A DNA stretch of 64,000 bases from Lytechinus pictus (lineage: Eukaryota), in NCBI RefSeq assembly GCF_037042905.1, contig NC_087251.1, forward strand, positions 33,854,001 through 33,918,000. Reading direction: 5' to 3'. Under the pieces are notes generated by a model that had not been told where the DNA came from, ran no database searches, and was given only the letters and a program-made list of their open reading frames with translations. Of the stretch, positions 1-14,000 are shown piece after piece; positions within the stretch are counted from its first letter, which is position 1; every line of letters starts with the position of its first letter. The position numbers and the translations under genes were made by a program.

Positions 1-341
1 GTGTGTTGAGTGTTGATTAAAGTTTGCTTTTGAAAGTCAGATATTTTGTTTATTGTGTTATGGTATTTGCATGTGAAGATTGGCTTTTATTAATGTTTAA
101 AGCTAAATTCAGGTAGTGCTGCAAGGATTTCACAATAAAGTCTAATAAAGGAGAAGGTCAATTATCACCTTATTGTACATGTATTTGATAAAATCATGAA
201 ATCTAGGCTGAATAGCACACATGCTGAAGATAACGAAACCAGGTACGGATATGAGGGAACACTTATTATTTTAATAGGAGACCCATCTTACTGCAGGGAT
301 ACCATGCTTATTTCCCTCATTTTTTTTATAGCTATTACGCA

Positions 342-1128
342 TTTGTCTCGCCTGCATAGCAGAGCGAGACTATAGGCGCCGCTTTTTTGACGGCGGCAAT
401 GTCAACATTGAAATCTTAACCAAGGTTATGTTTTTGAAATATATAAGTATATGGACCTAGTTCATGAAACTTGGACATAAGGGTAGTCAAGTATTACTGA
501 ACATCCTGCCTGAGTTTCAGGTCACATGACCCAGGACAAAGGTCACTTGGGGTCAACAAACTTTGACCATGTTTGGGGTATTTGTGGAATTGTCATCATA
601 ACTTTGACATTTTATGGATCTAGTTCATGAAACTTAGACATAAAAGCAATTAAGTATCCCTGAACATCCTGTGCGTGTTTCAGCGCACATGACCAAAGTC
701 AAAGGTCATTTTGGGTCAACAAACTTTGATAAAGTTTTAGTTGGGGGGTAATTGTGGAATTGTTATAACTTTTATTAAAGTTTATGGATCTAGTTGATGA
801 AACTTGGACATAAGGGTTATCAAGTATTACTGAACATCCTGCCTGAGTTTCAGGTCACATGACCAAGATCAAAGGTCATTTAAGGTCAATGAACTTTGGT
901 CGTGTTGGGGGTATTTGTAGTTCATAAAACATAGATATAAGGGTTATCAAGTATTTTTTGCACACGTCATGGGTCACATGATTATGGTAAAAGGTCATGT
1001 TGGGTCAATGGACATAGTATTTTATTATCATGTTTTCTTTTGTGAATAATTATTTAATAACTGTTTTCAAAGTCAGCACTGTTGCTATATTGAATCGTGT
1101 AATGCAGACAAGAGGCGTTCCACTGGTT
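342..1128 (+). mobile_element. Helentron-associated (HINE/DINE-1/pearl-type) non-autonomous element, older copy
   Basis: 5' TTGTCTCGCCTGCATAGCAGAGCGAGAC inverted repeat, short GGC tract, ~160-170-bp internal tandem cores, 3' ...ATGCAG...GAGGCGTTCCACTGGTT; homologous to 45009-45987. Confidence 0.75.
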
Positions 1129-1829
1129 TACCAGAATCATTTTGCACATATTATTTCTGCATACATGTACAAACACTTGAGTTGTCCTTTTATTGGATGT
1201 TGCTCTAACTTATTTGATATTGATTGTAACAACTGGCGTTTACTTTTAATGAACTTGTGCCTTTTGATAAGGGAACCAGTCTTAAAGCCTTGATTAGATG
1301 TCACGAGACATTCATTTTGACATGCACAGCAACGAAGTGAGACTAATAATCACCCCACTTACACTTATCTTAAGTGTTGGTAAATCCCCCAAAATGTTTC
1401 AATGTTATGGTTTATTACTGGATAATGTGAATGTGTATGTCATGACACAAGGTTAAAAATGTGTTTTATTGGATAAATTATTATCAACATTCACTTTGCC
1501 AGGTACACAATCAAAACAAAATATTTGGGTGCTTTTTTAATAGTTACTTTCAATATTAATCCTCTTCTAAGAGAAGCATGGATTAGGATGAAACTTTCAG
1601 GATATATCCTAATCAGACAAACAACATTTTGTTTTGTGGGTGGGAGGGGGAGGATTTACAACTAAAATAGGCTTTAATGTTTTTACCACTTTCACTAAAA
1701 ACTACTCAAGTCAGTTTTCATGCTTCTCATTCCTCTCATCAATTCACACTTCTTGTTCACATTCGTCTAGGCGAGCTTTTAGACCATGGTTTATATATAT
1801 CTAAATCTAACTTTGAATAGCCAAATCTG

Positions 1830-2677
1830 ACACTGATCTCAGAATAGTAAAAACAACTAGCACATCAATGATGTGGAGCTCATCCGGCATCTCGCAACAA
1901 AATTTAACACAATTCTTAATTTCAGCCCAGTTGACACTGTAGTGAATTATATTGGTGACATAAATTGAGGAAACAGAATTGAAATTGGTGAGCCTCATGA
2001 GGCTCTCGGATGGAACAAAAAAATCAAAATCACTCAACAAATAAACATTTTTTGTGAATTTTGAAAAATGCGCATCATAAACTAGCACATTAATGAGTTT
2101 CAAAATTCTGTGTAGTAGTTTTGAATCCCCCACCTAGTGCTATCATATAAAGCAAACAGAATTGAAATGACGAGGAAGAAGTATTTTGAAATTCGGTCAA
2201 CAAATAAAGAGGCATTTTCTGTGATTTATGAATAAATTAGCATAAATAACTTTCTACTCAAAATTTCAATCTTCTGTGTAGAAGTTTGGTGAACCTCATG
2301 AAGCTCTACCAGATGGAAGGAAAAAAAAATCAAATTTGGTCAACAAAGAAGAAGCATTTTATGTGAATTTTAAAAAAATATGCATAAATTATTATTTTTT
2401 TTTTTCTAGTCAAAATTTCAAAATTCTGTGTATCAGTTTGGTGAAGAAGCATTTTTTTGTGAATTTTGAAAAATGCACATAAATTAGCATATTTAATGAG
2501 TTTCAAAATTCTGTGTAGAAGTTTTGAATCCCCCACCTAGTGCTATCATATAAAGCAAACATAATTGACATCAGACTTGAAATGATGAAGAAGAAGCATT
2601 TTGAAATTGTGGACAGACGACGGACGCCACGCCACAGTATAAGCCTATCTGGCCCTTCGGGCCGGATGAGCTAAAAA
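1830..2677 (-). mobile_element. Second HINE-like repeat family with internal duplications
   Basis: Minus-strand 5' end TTTTAGCTCATCCGGCCCGAAGGGCCAGAT...GTCCGTCGTCTGTCC; duplicated blocks at ~2045-2160 and ~2450-2560 (twin MGDSKLLHRILKLI ORFs). Confidence 0.6.
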
Positions 2678-4704
2678 TCAGCATTTTAAAATCATAAAAA
2701 AATATTGATGAATGATAGGTACAATAGTTTCTTGGCCATTAAAGGCAAGAATTGCAATAAATACAAGAAACATAATAAAAGGTGTTCATTTGGCTACTCA
2801 AAATTGCTTCATATCATGATGTAACTTGACATACCTGTTGTGAATGCTGACCTTCTTTGAATATCTCTTGATTTCCCCATATCAAAACAGAATGCTGCAT
2901 GAAACTACAAAATTGAGTTCTTTCAATAGAACAAAGATTTATTACATTAGTTATTCTTTGACAATATATTATATCAATGCTTTATTCTTTGCACTTAAAC
3001 CTATTTACATCAAATATAATGTGCACATGTACAACATGTATATTAAGACATTTTAGTCATTTCCTACATGAACGAGTGAAGAGAGGTCAACACATCTGTG
3101 GATACCAGAACCACTTGTTTATGTGCAAAGATTGGAGAAGAGAGAGGGAGGGAGGAGAGAGGGAGGGGAAAGAGAGTGTGAGGGGGGAGGAGAAAGAGAA
3201 TAAAGATAGGAAAAAAGACATGAAAACACAATAGAAATAAAATACTGGACATTTCCATGAAGCATACCTTGCAAGTCTACAGCACTAGATCACTAATGTA
3301 TTTATTTCACATGTCTCATTCATTTCATGTTGTCTAAGCCAAGTAGCCTTCTGAACATACTAATTCCACAGAACCAACCAGAAAATCCAAGAAGTCTTCA
3401 TGAATATACATGGAAGCCTATTCTTAATTATACAAACAACAAAAAACAAAACAAACAGAAAGACTAAAAGGCCTGAACTAAGAGCACTGAATATCATTCT
3501 TATCAATGAATGATGAAAAATATGTATTTTTAATAGAAAAAATAGCAATAAATACAAATCAATACAAAAATATAAAAAATGAAATTTATCAACATGTATT
3601 TGAGCATACACTAAATAATATAATCTGGTTACAACATACATTGTACACATGTATTTACCTATTCATTATTACCGCTGTCTCCAGATTCGATAAGTCATCC
3701 AAGCACACAATTTATGCACATCTTTCACTCCCTGGGGAGTACTAGTATTCCAGACTTGGCAAAATGTGCTTGGATACAGAATTATGCCTTTTGGATGTTG
3801 AAGAACACATCCAGCCCCAGGTATTGAACAAAAATTGACATTTTGTTGAAATCAATATGATTCTAAAATTAATAATTGGACACCTCTCTAGAGTAAGCCA
3901 CAAAAGTTGCTATCAACTTTCACATTTACCATTCTCATAAATTCTATTTTTATTGTAAAACCTCACAGTGATTCACACCTGTTTGTGACATAACAAGAGG
4001 TCATATTAAATAAAAAGATAAAACAACAATGTAAAATAAACTGACAGAGACTTAATCATGTGAAATGCAGCATATAATTATAAATGAAGCAGACAAACCA
4101 TCGCCCTGTATTTATGACAAATTATACGTTAGTTTTTAAATTGTATGACCAGGGGCAGACACAGTTGTGTGACTGTCTTGAGAAACATAATTTGTCACTC
4201 ACAAAGAGCTCAACTTACTATCCTATCTCTTACATACAGAAAATTCTGTACATGAAGCTAGAATCAAGTGCAGAGATTGATTGTATTTCTTTACGTTACA
4301 CTTACAGGGCCCAAAGTTACCTACATAGATATTGCAACATTCCTCAAGTTTATAAATAATTATTTCTAAGAAATCTGCATTTTATCACAAAAATCCCTTT
4401 AAAAAATCCCTAGAAAAATGCACCTCTCTAGCCATCAGACAATGATTCATTCCCCACATGATGATGATGATGAAATAGCCTAATACAAATTACAGCTTCG
4501 AGGAGTGTGCAAAGGCAAGAAAGAATAATATATTAACACCTGTCCCTTATACAGGACATAAATAGCCCACCAACTGGGACTCGATCCCATGTCACTGGTT
4601 TGTGAAACCACAATCTATCGACTGAGGTTTCATGCATCTTTAGGCCTTTAAGAGGAAAATTAAAATGATACTATGGACAGATTTAATCTGTATATCCACA
4701 GGTA

Positions 4705-5042
4705 TCAACAATGAGAAATTTTATGAGGTGGAGTATGTGAACTACCCTCCTTCCACGCTTCAGCAAGGCCACCGACCCCATCCCTGTGCATCGGTTGATG
4801 ATCTCCATCGCTTCCCTCATCCTGGCCCCCCTCGGCTCCTCTCGGGTGGATCTCCTCCATGCTGGGTTGGCGAAGCGTGGTGCTGGAAGCTCGCAGCTGG
4901 GTGGTGCGTAGGAGGGGGATGAGCTGGGAGGAGGCGGGGCTCATGGAGGGCGTGGTGCACCGGGAGGCGCTCACGTCGCACCCTCCGAGGAGCTTGATGA
5001 GCTCCTCTTCAGTGGGCCCACCGGGAAGACCTTCTGCTGAAC
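4705..5042 (-). CDS. KCTD3: KCTD3-like last coding exon ([35 protein letters not shown]...HKISHC*)
   Basis: CAG acceptor at 5043-5045, in frame with ORF 4705..4974; family motif [19 protein letters not shown]. Confidence 0.9.
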
Positions 5043-8000
5043 CTGGAAAAAGAGATAAAAATTCTGATTATAGTTCATGTTGCTACATTATTGCATTGAT
5101 TACAGCCCAAGAGGAACCTTGCAAACAGCTGAAGATTGACTTCATAGAAATTCTAAAAAATCATATTTGGAAAACAGTATAGAAAAGTAAGAAAAGAGTA
5201 TAAACAAAAGCGATTGAAAATTAGGTATTGAAAGTTTGAAATTTTAACTGAAACTCAAGAATAATGATCTCCGGTACAGATCAAAAAAGACATAAAAGGC
5301 ACTTGAAATTGTCATGTCCGAATATTAAATATAATCAATATAAGACCTATTGATGATATAACATCATGAAAGCACTATCTACTTACTCTTTTCTACTTTT
5401 TCATTCTTGTTGAATATGTCCATGGCAGTGGTCAGATCCCACATCTGCACACCACCGTTGGCATGACCTGTAAAGAGATACCTCCGAGGTCGTGACCCCA
5501 TTCTACTTGACCCCTCGCACTCGTGGACGCAAAATGACGAGATGCTGCTGCCGTCTACCGATCTGATTTGACACACCCTATACAAATGTAATAGAAAATA
5601 TTTATGAATAATGTACATACATTAAGTGTTACAAAGAAATTAACATTGATCAAATCCTTGACTACTGGGTTACATCAGTTTAATTCATAACTTAATTTTC
5701 TTTTTCTCCTCACACAGTCTTCTAAATGATTTCTCCTTCTTTAATACATTTCTCATCCAATCAAACCTCATTCAAATCCTCCTCTTGATATTTGTTTTTC
5801 TTTCTTTCAACTTATACATATGTATTATCAGACACACACACACACACACACAAAATTGAAAAAAAGAGAAAAGTGCACAGACTGGTCCTTGTAAGGTAAA
5901 GTGTCCAAACCCCCGGGGGAAGGGTGTGGGGAATTTTACATTTAATGGTATAAAGACCATTATTTGAACTCTTATTTATGTTACTTATTGTGAATATACT
6001 TCTTATATTATCCATTCATTCATTACTCTTTTCTCCTTGCTCCCATTATCATCCATATGCCCTTGTTATTTTTTTGTATTCTCTATTCATTATCATTCAA
6101 TGAATCCAATTATTCTTACCTCTGCCCAGTAGATGATAGTCTAACATAGACTTGGTCGGTATCTGGGACTACCTTCTGAACAAACACTTGTTGATCATCC
6201 CTCTCTCCAAATGGCCCTTTATTACAAATGGGGGAAAATAAAACAAGTTAAAGTGTAGATAAACTTAAACATAAAAGGCGTTTAATGGTAGTATTGTGCA
6301 CATATTAAAGCAGAGAAAAGTACTATGGAGAACAGGGCATGGTGGTTTCCAAATTCATTAAGTTTATACCATTCCCTGAGACAATCAATTGGTCATATCG
6401 TCGGCGGTCATCCGAACCGTCGTATCACACATGATGACAGTGCAAACCCATTTCAGAGAAAATCGACTTCAAAGTTTACTGTTATTTTCACAGTTAGTTC
6501 TCCTGCCTTACAACATATTCATTGCTAGAAAAATACATGGTTGGAAAGACCAAGACAATTGCTTGACATTCTTGACATTGGTATCTTTATTTTTTACACA
6601 AACCAAGGATCAGAGAAAATATCGCAAAACAGCTACATGCTTATAATTTTGGTTCGCGCGGTTTATATTTTCCCTGTACAAAAACGCCATAAGTAAGACA
6701 ACAACCCTGATCACAATTTCAACGCGCATGGGCAGTCAAAACGTTGTATCGCCTTTTCACGTGCAAAGTCAATGCAATGCCGATACCTGACCGCGCATTT
6801 GTATATTAAGTGCGCGCAGCTGTTGTTTGCTTAATTGCTACAGTACACGTTTCCTATGGGATTTGCACATTTTATCAACAATTTGCATGGCCTCGCCATG
6901 AAAATCCCCACAAATCTCAGAAACTACCGATAGATTGCTGCCTAGAAATTTAGTTATGAATGAAATAGGACTTGTACTTTCATTTTCTGCAAAAATCTCA
7001 AAATCGATCTTTTGACCAAAACTGACTGATACGACGGTTCGGATGAACGCCGACGATATTTATTACCATACTAAAATGATCATATCCACTGAGGGGCAAC
7101 AAAGAGTACATACAAGTGTGCCAAGTGTACATTGTCTCTTTGTGAGCTTATTAAGAATTTGGTGATGATGTCACAAAAAGAACAATATTTGGAGTTTTTG
7201 AAGATTGGATCTTAGCAAGTATTTGGATCCTTAAATAGCAACACAGGTAATTGATTAAAGAGGTTCTTTTAAAAAATCATACAGTTCCTACATCCCCCCT
7301 CAAAAAGGCAAAGGTCATCAAGGAAAAGGTGCTTACTGGCAAACTTAGAACTCTCTTATAATTAAAGAAAAAAAATCTTCAAGAAAAGACCTTCTACATT
7401 GGTTATCGTAATATAAAACCCCTCATATTTCAGGCAATCTCTGTTTTGTACATGTATATGCTGTATATACTCATAACCGGAGGAAAATGAATTTTCTTTC
7501 CAAGGACAATAAATGCTTATACTCATCCTGTTTACTTACCAATGTCATTGCCAGCCTGATGGCAAGGATATGGCTCTGAGTCTTCCAGAGACAATACTTT
7601 AAAGGAAGCCAAAGGAGTCGACCCTGGTTGAGTAGAGATCATCCCTCTGAACCGGGTCACCGTCCACGTACGGGCGTGGTTGTACTCAGAACAGACTAGT
7701 TGGGATAGAGCAGAAGAGTAATTGTTTTAATGTTTGTACTGTCAGTTGTTTATGATTTAGTTAATTTTCAGGAACTCGTAATAACTTAATTGCAAAGGAA
7801 ACAATATGGAGTAATATTTAATAAAATATGAGATGAATTCTGTAAAAGTATTGACTGTCAATTGTTTACATTTATGTTTTATGTTTGTTTACTTAATTTC
7901 CAGGAGCATATAACATCATACAACCTGACATGTTTCAACATTATTTCACATGCATTTATAAACATGCACAAATTGTTTATATATTTGCATGTTCTTTGTT

Positions 8001-11000
8001 TATGTTATTTTAATCCAACCAACGGAGAATCACATATAAACTGTATAAGGGAATGATAACAAATCTTGAAAGGAAAAAAATATATAAACAACCAATGCTC
8101 GTGGATTGTATAGAAAAAAAAATTCATATCTAAAAACTCTCAACGGTTGTTGTACAATTTTATACAAATAAACCGGCTAGAGTGTATGTGGCAGGAGTAA
8201 AACGAGAGAGAAGGAACATGGAAAATATGTCAAACTCGAGATGGCTCTATCCCATATTGTATTTTTTTTAAATACCATTAAGCTAATCAACAGTTGGGAC
8301 GTGGAAATCAAAACCATTCAAGAAGAGGTCCTCCAGGTCAATGAATCCAATCAGGCCAATGACATCGAGGTCAATGACCCTGACCATGTTGAGGACAACC
8401 AGGACGATGCCAGGGATGAGGGCATCACATTCAAGGCTCGCTCCTGCACTCCGAGTGACACAGAAGAGATCCCGGAGGATATAAGCAGTTTTTGATTTCC
8501 CCGATCAAGGTTTGCTTAGGGTTGCCTTTTGGGTTTAAAGATTTACACAATTAATGCAAGGTGAAAATCATAGGGTACCACTCCCATCAACACTACAAGG
8601 CAGGAATCATCTGGAACCGCTTCCACCATCAAACCAATACGAGAAAGAGCACTATAAATTGTGAAACAAGGAGAACTTCAGGTAAAGATAACAGTAAAAG
8701 TGTGTCAGCATGGGGGGGGGGGGAGGCCTTTTACATATTCTTTAAAAAATGTTTAAAAGAATCCCAGGCCAAAAAATTGATGACTTCTAGGCCTCCAAGA
8801 GTGGTGGGAATAATGGACTACCATGCACACCACTGTTTATGCAAGGCGGGAATCATAGGGTACCATGCTCACCATTATCAACACAAGGCGGGAATCGTCT
8901 GGAACCGCTTCCACTATCAAACAATTCACGAGAAAGAGCACTATAAATTGTGAAACAAGGAGAACTTCAGGTAAAAATAATATAATAGCGTGGCAGTGTA
9001 GGGGGGGGGGTAAAGGCCTTTTACATATTCTTTAAATAATGTTTAAAAGAATCCCAGGCCAAAAAATTGATGACTTCTAGGCCTCCATGAGTGGTGGGAA
9101 TAATGGACTATCATGCACACCACTGTTTATGCAAGGCGGGAATCATAGTGTACCACGCGCACCACCATCAACATAAGGTGGGAATCATGGGGAACCACGC
9201 CCATCACCGTTACTGCAAGGCGGCATTCATAGGGTGCCACGCCATCCACCATCACTAAGAGGCGGGAATCATCTGGAACCGCTTCCACCATCAAACCATT
9301 CACGAGAAAGAGCACTATAAATTGTGAAACAAGGAGAACTTCAGGTAAAGATAACAATAATAGCGTGGCAGTGTAGGGGGGGGGGGTAAAGGCCTCTTAC
9401 ACATTCTTTAAAAAATATTTAAAAGAATCCAAGGCCAAAAATTGATGACTTCTAGGCCTCCATGAGTGGTGGGAATAATGGACTACCATGCACACCACTG
9501 TTTATGCAAGGCGGGAATCATAGTGTACCACGCGCACCACCATCAACACAAGGTGGGAATCATGGGGAACCACACCCATCACCATTACTGCAAGGCGGCA
9601 TTCATAGGGTGCCACACCATCCACCATCAATAATAGGCGGGAATCATCTGGAACTGCTTCCACCATCAAACCATTCACAAGAAAGAGCACTATAAATTGT
9701 GAAACAAGGAGAACTTCAGTTAAAGATAACAATAATAGCATGGCAGTGTGGGGGGGGGGGGTAAAGGCCTTTTACATATTCTTTAAATAATGTTTAAAAG
9801 AATCCCAGGCCAAAAAATTGATGACTTCTAGGCCTCCATGAGTGGTGGGAATAATGGCTTATCATGCACACCACTGTTTATGCAAGGCGGGAATCATAGG
9901 GTGCCACGCGCACCACCATCAACACAAGGTGGGAATCATGGGGAACCACACCAATCGCATTTAATGCAAGGCGGTAATCATAGGGTGCCACGCCAACCAC
10001 CATCACTACAAGGCGGGAATCATTTGGTACCTCCCTCACCATCAAACCAATTCATGAGAAAGAGCACCATAAATTGTGAAACAAGGAGAACTGGAGGTAA
10101 AAATAACGATAATAGTGTGGCAGCATGTGGGGGTGGGGGGGGGGGGGGTAAAGGCTTTTACCAATCCTTAAAAAATAAGAATCAGGCCATAAAAATTGAT
10201 GACTTCAAGGCCTCCGTGAATTATTCTTTTCTCCAAATACGATATCTCCTGACATAAATTAACATGAAATTAATTTATCAACAAGACTTGCCCTCTAATT
10301 TTCCTTCATATTCTATTGGCTTTAACAGAGGAAGAGATGCTCCAACAAGAGCTACACCCTCCATGCCCTCCTGCAAGATTCCACCATTGCCTTCTCTACA
10401 AGCGTGCCCATCTTACCAATGGTTGGGACGTTGTATTAAAAAATACCCGAGAGGATGTCCTCCATGACCCTGACCATATTGAGAACAACCAGGACGATAA
10501 TAGGAATGCAGGCGTCACTTTCAAGCCTCCCTTCAGCACTCCGATGACAAGAAAGAGATTCCAGAGGATATAAGCGCTTATAGATTTCCACGATCAAGAT
10601 TTGCTTAGGATTTCATAGGTCATCAGACTTTACAGAAGACCAACTTTTGCTTCCATTACTTCTAAAGGCAGATCAACCTAAATAGTTGAAGACATTTTTC
10701 TTGTCAATAGAATATAAATGGCAAGTTGAGTTCCATTCAATTTGAGCAGGTCTATGGCAAAAGATCATGGGCGAACATCACCTGAACTTTCACCTCAGAT
10801 TGGTGCCATCCTGCTGTATCAATTGTTTCTTGTTTTTACATTTCATGTCCTTTCTGTTTCTTAGTGTTTGTTACATTCAATTCATCTATATTTGTATGTT
10901 CTTTGTTTATATTATTTTAATCCAGTCATTTGGATGCAATAGAGAGGGCATAACAAATTTTGAAAGGAAACAATAATGTACATAAAAATTATTTCTGTTT

Positions 11001-14000
11001 AAAGGCTCTCCTCAATGGTTGTTTTGATACATATTCATACAAACAAAATATCAGCGGGTATGTGGCAGGGTTAAAAGAGAAAGAACATGGAAAATATGTC
11101 AAACTGATATTGCTCTATCCCATATTGAAATATTTTTTGGGGGTATACATTCGCCCTATCATTTAAAAACGCATTTTGTTATAGATGCCATTTATAACTT
11201 GTATTGAGATTTCAGTGATTTGATCTTTGTTCCTTTCCCGATTATTTTGTTATTTCCTGATCAAGGTGAACACAGCAAGGTCAATGATAATCAGGTTGAC
11301 CAATCGGACATGGAAAGACCAACAACCATGAATTCTTGGATGTTGTCCAGGACGATGCCAGGGATGACAGGACGCATTCAGCAGGTGTCACCTTCAAGGC
11401 TCACTCCTGTACTCCGAGCAGTGACACAGAAGAGATTCCCAAGGAGATAAGTGCTTAAAGATTCTTCTGATCAAGGTTTGCTTAAAGTTTCATTTGGGTC
11501 ATCAGGGTTTACTAGTATACCACATTTTGGTTTCATTATTTTCCCAAATTCTGAAGTTGGATCCTTCATATTCCGTCGGCTTTAACAGAGGAAGAGACAC
11601 TCCAACACAAGACATACCTTCTTACAGGATCCCACCATCATCTGCTTTACAAGCGTGCTCAACTTACAAACGGCTGGGACATCGTCCTTAAAACTACCAG
11701 AGAGGAAGTGCTTCAGGTCATTGACTCTGAACAGGCCAATGACATCGCGGTCAATGACCCTGGCCACGACGAGGACAACATGGTTATTGTAATACAATTT
11801 TAAACATATAAATATCCAGCATATATGTGGCAGGAGTAAAGATAAAATGAAGGATATAATGAAAAATATGTCAAACTGAGATTGCTCTTCCCATATTGTT
11901 AGATTTTTTATCATTAGGCCTATTAATATCCTTTATATTTAATGGCATTTTGGTATAGATGCCATTTATTACTTGTATTGAGATTTCATTGATTTACTCT
12001 TTGTTCCTTTCAAGATTATTTGTAAATTCAAGTCCATTACCAGCTTCATTTTTATTATTTTTCTGTTTACAATTTCTTTATAATTGATGGGAAATATGGC
12101 AGTTTCATTCCTTTACATTAAAGGTTAAAACACAGTCATTGATGAGCAAATACTGAACTTAACATCAGTCAACCTGATAGAGGCTTGGAAAATAACATTA
12201 CAGAAAGTTTGAATGGTTTTAGGATAATGATTTGAGCAAAACCATTATCATTTGTTTAGGTTTGAAATGACCTCTCTGAGGTGGTCTTCCCAATGTAGTG
12301 GGCAGTAACTACAGCAAAGGTAAAGGGATGGCTTCTGACAAGGGAAGTGGAAGCATGAACAAGAAGACAGATGCTCCTCCTCTGAGGAAAAGAGGAAAGG
12401 TGATAACTAACAGATCCTGCAACGGCAGGGGACGGAGAACATCTGACACTGCGATGTATCTGCTTTGGTGAACAGATCAAGAGACATTTGTCCAAACGCC
12501 AGGAGCATGAGCTTGAGAACTCTCTCAGGTATACCCGCTACCTGTTTAGCTGTATATTTTCACATTTTGTGATTCCATCTTTTTATATTCTTATTCTTTG
12601 TAATAATAATGTTTTTCTTTGTTTTGAATGATGTACTGATTTGCTTTACACCTGTTTATGTAAGTTTGAATGTTCCATATGGACATGCTGAAAAACAGCT
12701 TAATAGCTGATAGCATGTGTTTTTTTTAATCTGTATTATCTCTAAATAACAGGGACAGAGATCATCTGACCCTGTGATGTATCTGCCATGGCAGATGACC
12801 CATGAACCATCAGGTCAAAAACCAGCAGTGTGAGCCTGTGAACTCAGCTAGGCCAGCTTACTGTGAGTATATGCAGGTATGACCCTGGCATTTGGCAAGG
12901 TATGAATACCTCATAGAACATACTGTGCATTGAGAGTCAGCCAAAACCCATAACTAACATAGACAGGTCTCACCAGGTTGGAAAAATACTTTCTCCAAAT
13001 CGCGATGTGCAGACCAGAATCTCCCATGGTGTAATAGACATATTCTACCAGGAGAACATTCTGTTACAATTCAAGACACCAGAGTCCGCCTTCAGGTCTC
13101 TCATTCACTTGGAATGAGAGTAATCTCTGACATAAAGCACACTGTGCACTTGGAGTCAGACAAAATCCACTAGGCTACTGGCAAACATTACATTGGTGTT
13201 TCATTGGATGGGCTCTCTGTCAAGGCTACACTACATGTTTCTGGAAGGAATTCTGAAGTCGAACTCATCAGAAGACAAAGACCTTGATTAGCAAAGTACC
13301 AAAAGAAGAGTACATGTACATGGGAAGAGCTTCACATCATCTTTCTCTTCCTGAAATGGACACAAAGGAAATGATGACCTTCACAAAACGTTCACCTTGC
13401 AGTGATAACTGCACCAATCCATGTCAATGTTCCCTTTACAAATGCTGTCTCAATTGTAAAGACAAATGTGAATGACCAAAGGCAGGTAAGTTGATATGTG
13501 CATGTACAGAAGATGTAACTCCTTTAACTGATTTCAAGTGAAATTCACTATGCAGACTTCAAAAGAGAGTCATACGGTAGCCAACAACACAACACTGTGA
13601 TATATTGTATTGCATAGTTTGTTGATGAAATGTCTTCATTAACAGAATACTGCTGCCAGACTGGTCAAAAGGACCAAGAAATCTGAACACATAACCACAA
13701 TCACAGTCACTTCAAGGACCAACAATACAGGAATAGATTTAAAATCATGGTTTCAGCTACCATAGAATTACCGGTACACTATCTCCATTTCTCTCTCGAA
13801 CTTGTCTCTATTTTTTTTAACCTGTCTCACTAAACTCATATGTTTAATGGATTTAAAATCCTGAAAATAATTAGCCAGTATTTGATCCAAAAAAGGTGGA
13901 CTAAAAGTGATTTTGGTGTTTATGACATGATTTATGAGTGGAAAGATTGGGCTATGTATTGATTTTTAAGTTGTAGGCCTAATTATACACCATTTGAACT

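Noticed and set aside
2938..2943. Candidate KCTD3 poly(A) signal (AATAAA on the minus strand)
   Set aside because: Several equivalent hexamers occur at 2900-4000 in AT-rich DNA, so one cannot be chosen without transcript data.
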